64,000 bases of DNA, taken from NCBI GenBank assembly GCA_012295275.1, contig CM022668.1, forward strand, positions 5,208,001 to 5,272,000. The letters run 5' to 3'. The translations under genes and the position numbers were made by a program. The notes under the pieces are model-generated. The model made no database searches. It had not been told where the DNA came from and worked only from the letters and a program-made list of their open reading frames with translations. Positions within the stretch are counted from its first letter, which is position 1. Each line of letters begins with the position of its first letter. Source of the DNA: Chrysomallon squamiferum. Its lineage: Eukaryota > Animalia > Mollusca. This document shows positions 1 through 13,876 of this stretch, in pieces.

Positions 1-420
1 GAAGGTGTCGACACAAAATCTTTTGAAAATGAGGACATTTCACTAGACATTAACGGTGTCGACATTTGTTCACTGGACAGTTGTGATTTAGACATCAAGT
101 CACTTGAAGGTGTCGCCACAAAATCTTTTGAAAATGAGGACATTTCACTAGACATTAACGGTGTCGACATTTGTTCACTGGACATTGGTGATTTAGACAT
201 CAAGTCACTTGAAGGTGTCGACCCAAAATCTTTTGAAAATGAGGACATTTCACTAGACATTAACGGTGTCGACATTTGTTCACTGGAAATTTGTGATTTA
301 GACATCAAGTCACTTGAAGGTGTCGACCCAAAATCTTTTGAAAATTCGGACATTTCACTAGACATTAACGGTGTCGACATTTGTTCACTGGGCAATTGTG
401 ACTGAGACAATAATTCACTT
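1..420 (-). repeat. Coding tandem repeat, 105 bp / 35 aa (SSEQMSTPLMSSEMSSFSKDFxSTPSSDLMSKSQx), at least 4 copies
   Basis: gaaggtgtcg recurs at 1, 106, 211 and 316, with a degenerate copy at 421. Confidence 0.95.
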
Positions 421-850
421 GATGATGTCGGTATACTTTCTTTTGAAGATGTCTGCATGACTTCACTAGAATTGCCGGAATTTAAGAGTGACGACACCTG
501 TTCACTTGACATTAACGATTCCGAAAATAGCGCAGTTCCAGATGTCGACATTATGTCAGTTGACGGTGTCGATATTGCTTCACTAGACATCAGTGCACTT
601 GACACAAACGACGTCTGCGCCACTTCAGTAGATGTCGAAATGAGTTCACTAGACATTTCGCTATTTTCAACATTGTCACTTGACATTGACGACGTCGACA
701 TTAAGTCCACGGTGTTTGTTTCTGTTGACGATTCCATGTCAGCTGGGGAAACCGACGTGGGTTCTACATTGGCTGTTGTCGTAGTTGCTGTTACGTCACT
801 GGATGTTGTTTTCATCAGAAAAAAGCATAACATCAGCAGGCGAAACTTTA
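1..850 (-). CDS. Large exon of a secreted or mucin-like Ser/Thr/Met-rich repeat protein; gene continues beyond the window start
   Basis: Acceptor ttttttatacAG at 852-851. The frame is open to base 1: (L)KFRLLMLCFFLMKTTSSDVTATTTTANVEPTSVSPADMESSTETNTVDLMSTSSMSS..., a hydrophobic signal-like stretch followed by an S/T-rich region and 35-aa repeats. Absent from the ORF track because it has no stop inside the window. Confidence 0.8.
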
Positions 851-1048
851 CTGTATAAAAAAATAAACATTGGAAAATTTACCATAACAACAATAACAAA
901 AACAGTAACAGTTATAACGATAGTAAATGCTAATATTACTAATAAATGCGGCTACTACTACTACCACTACTAATACTATCGCTATTACCACTACTACAAC
1001 TGCTTCTGTGACTACTACCACTATTACTATTATTACTACTACTACATG

Positions 1049-1112
<64 letters not shown>

Positions 1113-1693
1113 TAACATGATGATGATGTAGATAATGATGATGATGACAGTGGTACTATTTGCTATAATAATAATTACAAGAATCACAAATACTACCATT
1201 GCAAAATAACAACAATAATAGTGATGATCATGATCATGATGAAAACAACAACAATAACAAAAACAACAGCAGTTATAGTTAGGAAAATAAATACTACTAT
1301 TATTAGTACTACTACTATAAAATAATAATAATAATTATTATTATTACTTTTTATATAATGATATTGGGAAAATAATAAGGAAAAATAAATATCACTGCAT
1401 TTCAAGGAAGATAAATTGAGGAGGTAACTTTATATCGAACTAGGAAGAAAGTTTGTTTGTTTAATTATGTTTTTAAACATTAAGGGTTATGGGATATCCT
1501 ATATTTACTTTTTCGTGCTATGAGGAAAGAGTATTGTGAAATTATATGAGGAACAAATACGATGACGTCAGAACGAAGACCAATCTCATCTATTAGGAGC
1601 CAAAATGGCGGCCATTTCCAGAAGAAAAAGAAAAAAAACAAAAAGAAAAAAAAACATTTTATATACACCCAACCTTAGTTAATAATAAAATAT

Positions 1694-1730
<37 letters not shown>

Positions 1731-1896
1731 ATCTTAAACTATTCAACTAATTTTAAAAACAAAATTCTTTCTTACCAGTTATCATTTTCATAATAATACT
1801 GGTTTTCTCAGGGTACCTGAAACATAAATGAATGAATGAATAAATAAATAAATAAAATAAAATAAAACAATGAAGAAGAAACAAAACAAAAAAAAA

Positions 1897-1935
<39 letters not shown>

Positions 1936-2183
1936 AAAGAAACATACCAACAAAAGTAGCGATCTATAAAGGAAGAAAAATAATGTGAAAACATGTGCGA
2001 AGAAACATTTGCTATTTTTTTGTTGTTGTTGCCGGACTGACTTTTTAATCGTTTCTTTTAATATAAAAATTTAGATGTATGTATACATAATTAAAAATAT
2101 GTAAATAATATAGAGAGGAAACAAGGAAAGGGAGAGAGAAAAAAAACGTCAAGCGAGCGAGCTAGCAAAAAAAATAAAAATCG

Positions 2184-2249
<66 letters not shown>

Positions 2250-2859
2250 GAAAATTAAAGTAAGTTAAAACTTGCCTTTAAAAAATAGATATATATCGAT
2301 TAGAACCGAAACATAAAAACCAATGTCACATATAAATTCACAAATATATTCACATTAAATATCCTCTCCTTCTGTGTGTAAAATTAATTTGAAGTTTTGT
2401 GTCTGAGTAATAATTATTGTAATGAGCGTAGTCTGTGTCTGATCGCGACTGTAATATTAAACCGGTGTACGGGTTTATATACACCTATGAAAATAGGCAC
2501 TGGTTGGCCATTCAGTTCTAGTTATGTGAAATATTTGTTTACACTGACGGTTGGGTGCGGGCTAAAATCCGGATCGATTACAAACATTGTCTCTGAGAAG
2601 TGGGTACGATTTATAACCTGTTAGCGTATGGTTGCTGTTTCCTCACTTGATTTTATTTCTTTTTTTTTTTTTTTTTAAATTTAAAGAAATGTTGTTGGTT
2701 TTTTTTACTTTTATTTTTATTTATTTATTATTATTATATTTTTAAATAATAATTTTCTTTTAAAAATAGAACGAAATAATTTATTTGTTGGGTTTTGAAA
2801 TACTTTTTTTTATCTTTTTTTTAATCTTTTCATGAACATACACATGTACATACATACAA

Positions 2860-2903
<44 letters not shown>

Positions 2904-2945
2904 ACACATATATAAGCGTAGTCAGGTCATTCAAGGTTAGCGTAC

Positions 2946-2964
2946 GTTTATCAATGTTTGACAT
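2946..2964 (-). CDS. Candidate small start-codon exon (MSNIDK+C) of the repeat-protein gene
   Basis: ttcAG acceptor at 2967-2966, ATG at 2964 and GTACGC donor at 2945. Phase 1 joins the 850 exon to give the signal-peptide-like MSNIDKLKFRLLMLCFFLMKTTSS. Confidence 0.4.
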
Positions 2965-3073
2965 TCTGAACTAATGAGGTAATATCCTGTTACCTACAAG
3001 CGCTTATGTTTAACTTTTTACCTGTCCTAAAGAATAGCTCCGAGTTTTAAACAGCTTTTGTGTGCATGTCTAC

Positions 3074-3106
<33 letters not shown>

Positions 3107-4249
3107 TGTATGTATGTATGTATGTATGTATGTATGTTTAGGACAACACATAACAAGGTCCAATTTTTTTTAATTTGACCAATTATAGAAACGTTTTGGG
3201 GATCCATCAAGTGGGTATTAACTACTTCAACTCTATGATCTATGATTATGTCACTAAAGCAGCCTTACCAAAAAAAAGTTTAAAAAAAGTAAAAAAATAA
3301 ATAAAAAAAATAAAATATAAATTAAGTGCAGGAAAAAAAAAGAAGAAGATTTTGTCGAAGAATCCACTTATTGAGAAAAAAAAAATTGCTTCAGGAGCCC
3401 CTTCAGGATATAGAGCCCTGAAGCTTGACGATAGATTTTAGTTTCATATTGGATCCGCCCGTGAACTAAGTTATGTCACGTTTGATCCAGACGAATGATT
3501 GATAATACGACGCAATATGAACTGAAAACAACGTAGTGTTTGTCGCATTTTAAAATTAAAAACGTGGTTGTGAATTATCAGTTTAAACCCAGTCACGACT
3601 CAAGTAAATCAGTTAAAATAATAATTAACGCGTAGATCAAACTCGAATTTGTGTAATTTATTAACAGATCTCGTTCACCTCCTCAAACTGAACAAACCTC
3701 GCTTCAGGTGTATTAATACCGTACTTAAAACAGGGTCATGACGTAACCTTGAACAGGATCATAATAACAATTTCATGACGTAACCGTGATTATTCAGAGA
3801 GCGCGAGTCATTTATGAATCGAATTTGCATTTTCCGGTATATAAATCACCATAGCGATACGATATTACTGTTCACTTCGTGATTATAACCTGAAAATTAT
3901 CTACGTAACGTATATGAGCTGACCATTCTGAAAACGCTAATAAAGAGTTTTTCTGCTATTTTAATCTGTCGCAATTGTGCAGTTATCTTAGAGGTGCATT
4001 GTTAAATGACTTATGACACATAAAATAAAAACAACACCATTTTAAAGAGATTAATATATATGTTAAATACATGCACACGCATATAATCATACACTGAGTA
4101 AATAGCTTTATCCTGACCCGCCCGTTTCTCAAGTGGGACGTACTTGAACATTAACATGCGCGATTATATCAACAGTTATTTCTGTCTGCAGTCTCTTCCT
4201 TCAGATACACTAACACAAGACGTGCACGCGTAAGTGACAGGAATAAACA

Positions 4250-4298
<49 letters not shown>

Positions 4299-4305
4299 CA
4301 ACAAC

Positions 4306-4353
<48 letters not shown>

Positions 4354-4355
4354 TG

Positions 4356-4389
<34 letters not shown>

Positions 4390-4412
4390 CAACAATAATA
4401 ATAATAATAATT

Positions 4413-4450
<38 letters not shown>

Positions 4451-4860
4451 TAAAATAATAATAATAATTAAAATAATAATAATAATAATAATAATAACAA
4501 CAACAATAATAATAATAGAAATACTAATATTGATGATAATAATAATAATATAATAGTAATAATAACAGTAATAATAGTAATAATAATAATAATAGTAATA
4601 ATAATAGTATTAACAGTAATAATAATAGTTATAGTAATAATAATAATAGTAATACTAATACTAATATTGAAAGCTAATAATAATAATATAATAGTAATAA
4701 TAATAGTAACAGTAATAATAGTAATAACAAAAGTAATAGTAATAATAATAGTAATAATAGTAATAGTAAAAATAATGATAGTAATAATAATAGTAATAAT
4801 AATGGTAGTAATAATAATAATAGTAATAATAATAATAGTAATAATAATAATAATAATAAA
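4250..4860. repeat. (AAT)n / (AATAGT)n compound microsatellite
   Basis: Directly visible trinucleotide runs; representative of dozens of (AAT)n, (AG)n, (AC)n, (ATTT)n and (ATGT)n tracts across the window. Confidence 0.95.
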
Positions 4861-5968
4861 GGCTACAATTAAAATAAATTTTTGAAAACTAACATAGCTA
4901 TATGATAATCATGAATCAGTTGTTAAGAAAATACACTTCCTCGTTCATTCACCTTTTACACAGTGAACACGTGACAATGTAAAACCGTTCACCGCACAGG
5001 AGAACAGAGTTTAGCGTGACAGTGGAAAATGTCGACTCACATAGCAGGAAGATATTTGCTAGGCGTGAATAATCACGACTAATCTCCGAAAATAATACAA
5101 TAAAACCCACCCGAAAAGCCCCAGGCAATACATATTAAAAAGAATTTTTTTTTGTTTTTTTGTTTTATCTATCTCACAACGTAATAGTTTTTATTACACC
5201 CAAGATGACGAATGCAAAATTTCGTATGAATATGGCGTAGGGGATTTTACATTCTATCGTTATTTCCATTGTTGTCGGTGTAGTTTGTACATGTATGTAT
5301 GTATGTATGTATGTATTCATGTATGTATGTATTTATGTATGTATGTATGTATGTATATGTGCCTGTCTGTCTGTCTGTCTCTCTGTATGTATGTATGTAC
5401 ATGTATGGATGTATATATGTATGTATGTATTCATGTATGTATGTATGTTTGTATGTATGTATGTATGTATATGTGCCTGTCTGTCTGTCTGTCTCTCTGT
5501 ATGTATGTATGTATATGTATGGATGTATATATGTATGTATATCTGTCTGTATGTATAAGTGTATGACTGTATGTCTGTATGTATATATGTATGTATGTCT
5601 GTATGTATATATGTCTGTCTGTCTGTCTGTATGTATATATATATATATATAAATGTATTTGTGTGTGTATGCCTGCATTCATGTGTGTATATATCTGGAT
5701 CTGTATGTAGATAAGCAAAAAGCTAAATAAAATCAAACAGTTCTATCACGATCTGTCAAAGTTTGTTTATGATTTGATTTACGTCAGATTCGTTCCAGAA
5801 ATCTATCACACTGCTATTTAGTCGTCTGTTATCACTGAAAACGTCCTCAGAGCTGTCCTCCTGAAGATTTATGAGAGAAACAGCTAAACCTCTTTCAGTA
5901 TATATAAATCACTTCTTTATATCTCTCTATAGGTATGCCTGTCTGTGTGTGTGTGTGTGTGTCTGTCG

Positions 5969-6002
<34 letters not shown>

Positions 6003-6573
6003 GTGTGAAACCAGGAACAAGATGCAAGCAATACCCTTATTAGTATCTGAAGACTTATTTATAGAACGTCGTCATAACTGGGAGATATGGTCTGCATCGT
6101 GCCTACCACTGTAACATTATTAACAGAACTACTTACCATAGTCAATACGTCACTTGTTGAAACCGTCGACAGCAGTACAAACTGCTCTGTAGTCGTGTGA
6201 CTGTTTACTCTGTGACTCATAATTTATCAATGTCAGTCTGGCTAAACACTAATTATAAACATGTTATAAATAAAACTATGTGAAGCTGACTTTGGCAAAG
6301 TAGGTATATATATTACATATCTGCGTGTGTATGCATATGAAATACAAAAGCGGTATGTAATAGATATATCTATTTTGCCACGGTACAGTAATAAAGAACA
6401 TTACATGTTCTCACACACAAACACACACACTCATATATGTTTTTTATGTGTGTATACATGTTTCTTTATGTGTCTGTCTATATGTCTATACACACACGTA
6501 CACATATATGTGTATGTCTGTGTGCATATACCTATGTCCTTCTGTGTGTATTTGTTGTGTGTGTTTTTGGGTA

Positions 6574-6662
<89 letters not shown>

Positions 6663-7051
6663 TGTGTGTATGAGTGTGTGTGTGTGTGTGTGTGTGTGTA
6701 ACACAAGATGTAATTTCCCTTTATTGACGAATAATTTCCCTTTATTCAGATGTGTGTCACGTGTATATTTGTAAAATGGTAATATGACGTATTTCGTCAC
6801 GTGCTTCGTGCTTATCAATCTGAAAGAAATACGAAGAAGAAGACAGTATATTTTTTTATTAACATAAATGAGACTGCATAAGAAAAAGAAAATTTGCTAA
6901 ATATGAAATCATCGGTCAGAGTTCAAAGGTTATTACATTGGTATACAGTTATTTGTTATTTAAAATATTTATTTAATTTATTTGGATTTATTTATTTATT
7001 TGTTTATATTTTTCGCCTCCGGGACACAGATAAAAAATAGTTATATATATA

Positions 7052-7092
<41 letters not shown>

Positions 7093-7391
7093 CGATCACA
7101 TAATAATAGAGGTAATACAAATATACATAATCATGGTGGATATTTATGCTTTTATTATTCAATTATGTAAATAGTGGCATATTAGATACTAAAAGAGATA
7201 GCTCTATATTTTGTAGAATAATGCTTATATAGATATGTTATGCTGTTTTCTAGAATGTTCTGGATATTCAAATATGACATTAATTTTCTACAAAGATGGA
7301 GAGTGACTCATGTTGTTATGTCATTTGATCACATTGTTGAAGGACACAAAAGAGTTATTTCCCTTCCTCTTCTCGGACGAGTTGTAAAAGA

Positions 7392-7427
7392 CTAATGAAT
7401 GTTGAAAGTTGGTCTTTTAATTGCAAA
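7392..7427 (-). CDS. Mucin gene: terminal coding exon FAIKRPTFNIH*
   Basis: ttatttatttcAG acceptor, phase 0, TAG stop at 7394-7392. Confidence 0.7.
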   Translation of the reverse strand, partial: FAIKRPTFNIH

Positions 7428-7523
7428 CTGAAATAAATAAATAAATAAATAATAACCACCAGAAATAATACTAGTATTACACTAAACAGAGGCAGAGACT
7501 GAAAGAGAGAGAGAGACAGAGAG

Positions 7524-7630
<107 letters not shown>

Positions 7631-7638
7631 TAACATAC

Positions 7639-7737
7639 CAGTGTTTCAGTGTTGATTTTCTCGTATACATTGGCTGCTTCGCTGTTCAAATCGTTCAGTA
7701 AAATATTTTCACTTGCCAGCGGCTCCCACGATTTAGA
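7639..7737 (-). CDS. Mucin gene: cytoplasmic tail exon
   Basis: cttttcAG|SKSWEPLASENILLNDLNSEAANVYEKINTETL|GTATGT, 99 nt, phase 0-0. Confidence 0.75.
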
Positions 7738-7832
7738 CTGAAAAGATAAATTCGAGCTGAATATTTTATACTTTTATTTATAGGCAAAATATTCACAACA
7801 CACAGACACACAAATAGACACACACACACACA

Positions 7833-7915
<83 letters not shown>

Positions 7916-7934
7916 ATTACACATCTGTTATTAC

Positions 7935-8115
7935 CGAGTCTTCTTCTTCCCTGGGCGGGTACTGAAAAAGTGTGACGTCGTTGCCGCTGCTACTTGACAC
8001 CTCGTTGACTTGGAATCCTCTTACAACCGAGAATCGTCTGCGGTATTCATTTCTTTCTTTCCAAGTCAAATCCTGACAACGAAGAGGTTGATCGGTGCTC
8101 CAGTCTTCAATCATA
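7935..8115 (-). CDS. Mucin gene: cytoplasmic tail exon (3' boundary uncertain)
   Basis: ttattccAG acceptor, phase 2; MIEDWSTDQPLRCQDLTWKERNEYRRRFSVVRGFQVNEVSSSSGNDVTLFQYPPREEEDS. Several phase-0 GT donors are possible. Confidence 0.6.
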
Positions 8116-9440
8116 CTGGAATAAAGCGTCATTGTTACACAAAGGTAATGTATCAGTTCAGATCTACTTCTTCTTTGGATAATTTTTCCTCATAAAGTTT
8201 TTCAAGTTACTGCTAATGTAAATATAAAACTATCATAATAAATTGTAGAAATCCACTGTCGCCTGTCAAATTTTATCAAATCAAACAGGATAGTATAGTC
8301 ACCGCGTGATCGCCAAACCGGTGTCCTTATAGAAAGGTTCCTTTTAACCAAAACGACAAAGCGGAAACGATCTATTTTTTGTAAAAGAACTACATTTTTT
8401 ATTATTATTATATTCATTATAATTATAATTTTATTTAGTAATAAAAACATGACCAAAAGGTAATAGGGTATGTACTATTATTCACAAAAAATTGATATAT
8501 GGAAGTCCCGAACACCGCTATTTCGGTTACAGGGAACTTTTATGGTTATCACCGGGCACACGGGGGAAAATGGCGGCATGTGTCAGACGACAAGAAGGAA
8601 TCAAAATGGCTAGTTAGACTAGCGATATTGTGTATAAAATTTTGTTTATTGATTTATTTATTTTATGTCTACTTTTTAAATTTGGAATCAGCAATAAAAG
8701 AAGGCAGGTGAGAAAACGAGGGTCGCCGAAGGGGAGGTGTCCCCGGGCATCCCAATGGGGGGGGAGGGCATCCAATCAGAGAAAAGAGCTTAATAAATGT
8801 GTTTGCTTTTTATTTAAATCTAATAAAGTGTTTATTCACGTGCTTCACAACAGCTTGCTCTGATTAGCACGTTAATTTTTTTTCCATTTTTTCCAGTGTT
8901 TATTTTATGTTTCATCTGCGTTTACATATTCAAAATATCTTCCTTTCTCATAAAATTTCTCAGTACAAGGCTTATACTTGTCACCAGACCACTACACACC
9001 AAGATCAGCAAGTATATGTTATACATTTCGGTAAATATTAAACACATAGAGGTTACAATGAAAAACACGTAAACCATTCAGAAGTCACGACTTTTATTTC
9101 ATTCTTTAAATTATTTTTTTATTTTTTGTAATTCTAAGTGAAATTTATTTATTTATTTATTCTGTTAATGTAAACAGTACCTGTTAGTAATACCAGAACT
9201 ACTACCAGTAATAGTAGCAGCAATAATGTTACTAGCAATGGTAGTAGAAGTAATATAAACACTAAAATATTAACAGCTATAATAATAGCAACAGTAGTAG
9301 TAGTAGTAACAATAATATAAAGAAGAAGAAAAAACTTAAAAAGAACAACGACGACGACCACGATAATAACGACAACAGTAACAACAACAACAACAACGTT
9401 TCATACTTATAATTACGTGACTGGTTAATAAGTGTCATAC

Positions 9441-9629
9441 CTCAGTTTATCGTCTGCTTTCTTATGACGTCTGCAGCACGTGCAGATTAGCGCAATCACA
9501 AGCAGGACGATAATTCCTCCTCCAGTTGCTGTTGCTATGGCAATAATTTCCTCCGATTTTAGTTTTAGTTTTTCAATAGCTACATCACAGTTATCACCAG
9601 TGTACACATACTTCTCATCTTCGTTGCAT
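9441..9629 (-). CDS. Mucin gene: EGF C-terminal half plus transmembrane helix exon
   Basis: CNEDEKYVYTGDNCDVAIEKLKLKSEEIIAIATATGGGIIVLLVIALICTCCRRHKKADDKL: YxGxxC EGF end, hydrophobic TM and basic stop-transfer; GTATGA donor. Confidence 0.9.
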
Positions 9630-9904
9630 CTGTACCAAATCATAATAAATAATAATAATAATAATAATAATAATAAAGTAATAATAATAAAAGATAATAA
9701 TAATAATAATAATAATAAGATAATAATAATAATAGTAGTAGTAGTAGTTGTAATAATAGTAATAATAATAATACTAACATGATGTTGATGATGCGTTCAA
9801 AGTTAAAATAAAATGATGATGCGTTCAAAATAAAATAAAACAATTTCAATATGTAAGAAAAAAGATAAAGCCATAGGTCGATAAGTAGATTAATTTATAG
9901 AAAA

Positions 9905-11220
<1,316 letters not shown>

Positions 11221-11532
11221 GTTAAAAGAACTAAAACACAGTTTGTCAATTTGTCGTTTACTAAATAAACTCAGTCTTTGTTTGCTCAGTGACACTGATA
11301 TATTACACGTTTCAAATCTTCCTGTTTATTTTAGATATGTTCTGCATTATCCTTGCAACCAACAAATGTCTGTACTGTGTTAACCAAGGGTGGGGTTAAG
11401 ACTGTTAATAAAACGTGACTGCAAAACAAATCTAAACTGAAGTATCGGTGCTGATTTATTTATATATATATCTATACTTTTATTACTATGATATATTTTT
11501 TTCTAGAACTTATATGTGATATTTTCACTTAC

Positions 11533-11695
11533 ACGCAAGTTGGAGTACTGTCTGACAGAACTTGGCAGTATCCATGGTTACATATCAAACCATTACAGAG
11601 CCATGAACAGGTGGCTTTTCCACCAATCATGATACACGTCTCATTCGTATAGCAGATCTGTTCAGCACTACAGATGTCATTGAGCGTTTCTTTGG
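11533..11695 (-). CDS. Mucin gene: Cys-rich/EGF-like exon
   Basis: ttccAG|AKETLNDICSAEQICYTNETCIMIGGKATCSWLCNGLICNHGYCQVLSDSTPTCV|GTAAGT; phases 1 and 2 fit the neighbouring exons. Confidence 0.85.
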
Positions 11696-12000
11696 CTGGA
11701 ATTTAAATGAATTAATGTTTGAAAAAACATCGTGAAAGATACAGAGACACGTTCACACACACACATACATGCACATATACATTTACACATACACATACAT
11801 ACACATACACATATAGACACATACATTAACATCCACATACACATATACATACATACACTTATAAATGTATATATATATATTTACAGCTTTAGAGATAGAT
11901 TGTGTATCTAGTTCCGTTATTATTATTGTAACTGTCATTGTTATTATTGCTGTTACTGTGATTGTTATTATTGTTATTATTATTATTATTATTATTACTA

Positions 12001-12338
12001 CAGGTACCGGACCAATTATCCGGCGTCCGGAAATCCGGAAAGACCAGAAAGCCAGAAGTTTTTTCCCAACGTTATTTTCATAGTTCACGCGCGCGGGTGT
12101 TGTCCTCACCAGACCGGAACTACTCTTTCAAGCCACGTGGCGTTCATTCACTCGCCGCATTGTTTAAGTGTCGAGTCGCCACAGTTGTGTATCGTCAGTT
12201 TTCTTTAAGTTTTTAATTTTAAAATGTTAGTGCCTAATTATTTACGTATTTAGATGCCTTGGTACCAGAAAACCGGAAAATCCAGAAATCTGGAATGCCT
12301 CAAGCCCCAAGGAGTCCGGATAATTGGTCCGGAACCTG
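12001..12338. mobile_element. MITE (non-autonomous DNA transposon, Tc1/mariner-pogo type), 338 bp
   Basis: TIRs CAGGTACCGGACCAATTATCCGG and CCGGATAATTGGTCCGGAACCTG (22 of 23 match). TA on both sides (11999-12000, 12339-12340). Subterminal CCGGAAA/CCAGAAA repeats, no ORF, inserted into an (ATT)n tract in a mucin intron. Confidence 0.9.
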
Positions 12339-12584
12339 TATTATTAATATTATTATTATTATTATTATTATTACTATTATTATTATTGCAGTTACTACTA
12401 TTACTACTATTACTACTTCTATTACTACAACTACAAGCACTATTACTACCACTACCGCTACCACTACTACTACTATTATTAAAACTATCAATATTACTAC
12501 TACTATATCCAGTATTTTTACTACAATAACAACATCAACTACTATGACTACTACTACTACTACTGCTACTACTACTGCTACAAC

Positions 12585-12756
12585 CTGCTTCTATTTCCTT
12601 ATCCATAGTTTCATTGAACGAAGTCTCGTTGATAGAGGATCCATTCAGTTTGATTTGTTTCAGATTTTCAATCACATTTTCCTCGATATGCTTTACTACT
12701 TCTTCTCTTTTTCTGCTCCAGCGACAACTTTGTAAAACACGTTTATACTGCCCTGA
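12585..12756 (-). CDS. Mucin gene: SEA domain exon 3 with GSINV cleavage-type motif (frameshift near 12710)
   Basis: ttttgcAG|SQGSINVFYKVVAGAEK/(R)EEVVKHIEENVIENLKQIKLNGSSINETSFNETMDKEIEA|GTTGTA. One base is missing in an A5 run. Confidence 0.75.
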
Positions 12757-13246
12757 CTGCAAAATGTGCACACAATAAAGAGCATATAACTGTGTGTGTG
12801 TATGTCTATATATATATGGATAGATAAATACACATATAGATATAGACAGACATATAGATATATTATATACAGATATACAAAGATACATAGATAGATGGAT
12901 AGATAGAAAGACAGACAGACAGACAGATAGACAGGTAGATAGATACATGACTGACAGATAGATGGATGGATGGATCGATAGATAGACAAATATAGACAAC
13001 TAGACAGAAAGACATATAGACATACAGACACACAGAGAGATATATAAATAGATAGATATATAGACTGAGAGATATATAGTAAATATCAAATGAAAAAAAT
13101 CGGACGAGATTGTACGTACAGTACAAAAGGGGTCACGTGATGGGAATATGTAAAATCTGTGAACTGATAAAAATCGTGTTTGTTATAAAAAAAATAACAC
13201 AGGACGCAGGTCTAATATATCAGCTATTTGTTAATAAAACTCTTAC

Positions 13247-13305
13247 CTGAATTTATGAACATCAACATAGAGAAAACCTGGAGTTTTTGAATAAACTCTA
13301 GTCAG
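13247..13305 (-). CDS. Mucin gene: SEA domain exon 2
   Basis: ttttatAG|LTRVYSKTPGFLYVDVHKF(S)|GTAAGA; phase 0 in, phase 2 out. Confidence 0.8.
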
Positions 13306-13366
13306 CTATAAAACAAAACAAAACAAAATAAAATAAAATAAAATAAAATAAAGAAATAAAGAAACA

Positions 13367-13401
<35 letters not shown>

Positions 13402-13431
13402 TAAAAAGCGAACAAACAAACAAAATAAATA

Positions 13432-13471
<40 letters not shown>

Positions 13472-13508
13472 AAATAAATAAATAAATAAGGTAATTTCTC
13501 AAACTTAC

Positions 13509-13624
13509 TTCGAGAGTCATATTTCGTTTGAAGATAACAAAGATTTCTCATGTTGAATTAAGTAAATCTTCATTAAAGTTTGCCACAAACTCGAGAGAAA
13601 ATTCCAACTTGAAGTAAGCACCGC
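13509..13624 (-). CDS. Mucin gene: SEA domain exon 1 (contains in-frame TGA)
   Basis: ttttaaAG|GGAYFKLEFSLEFVANFNEDLLNST*EIFVIFKRNMTLE|GTAAGT, matching the SEA N-terminal F..DL.N..S..F pattern. Confidence 0.8.
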
Positions 13625-13645
13625 CTTTAAAATAAAAAGAACAAC

Positions 13646-13689
<44 letters not shown>

Positions 13690-13735
13690 CAACAATAACA
13701 ATAATACCAATAATAATAATAACAATAATAATAAT

Positions 13736-13807
<72 letters not shown>

Positions 13808-13876
13808 TACAAAACAAACGAAATAAATTAAATCAATATAAAACAGACTACGAAGGCAGACGGAATAGACAAATAC

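Noticed and set aside
457-858. 133-aa plus-strand ORF
   Set aside because: Antisense of the minus-strand S/T-rich exon, which has an acceptor and a signal-like N-terminus.
1480-1680. Possible DNA transposon remnant with an AAAATGGCGGC motif (similar motifs near 8567 and 35733)
   Set aside because: Terminal inverted repeats are too imperfect to define boundaries by eye.
13548-13550. Selenocysteine or programmed readthrough at the TGA
   Set aside because: The position corresponds to Ser, not Cys; the context is TGA-GAA rather than TGA-CTA; no SECIS was recognised.
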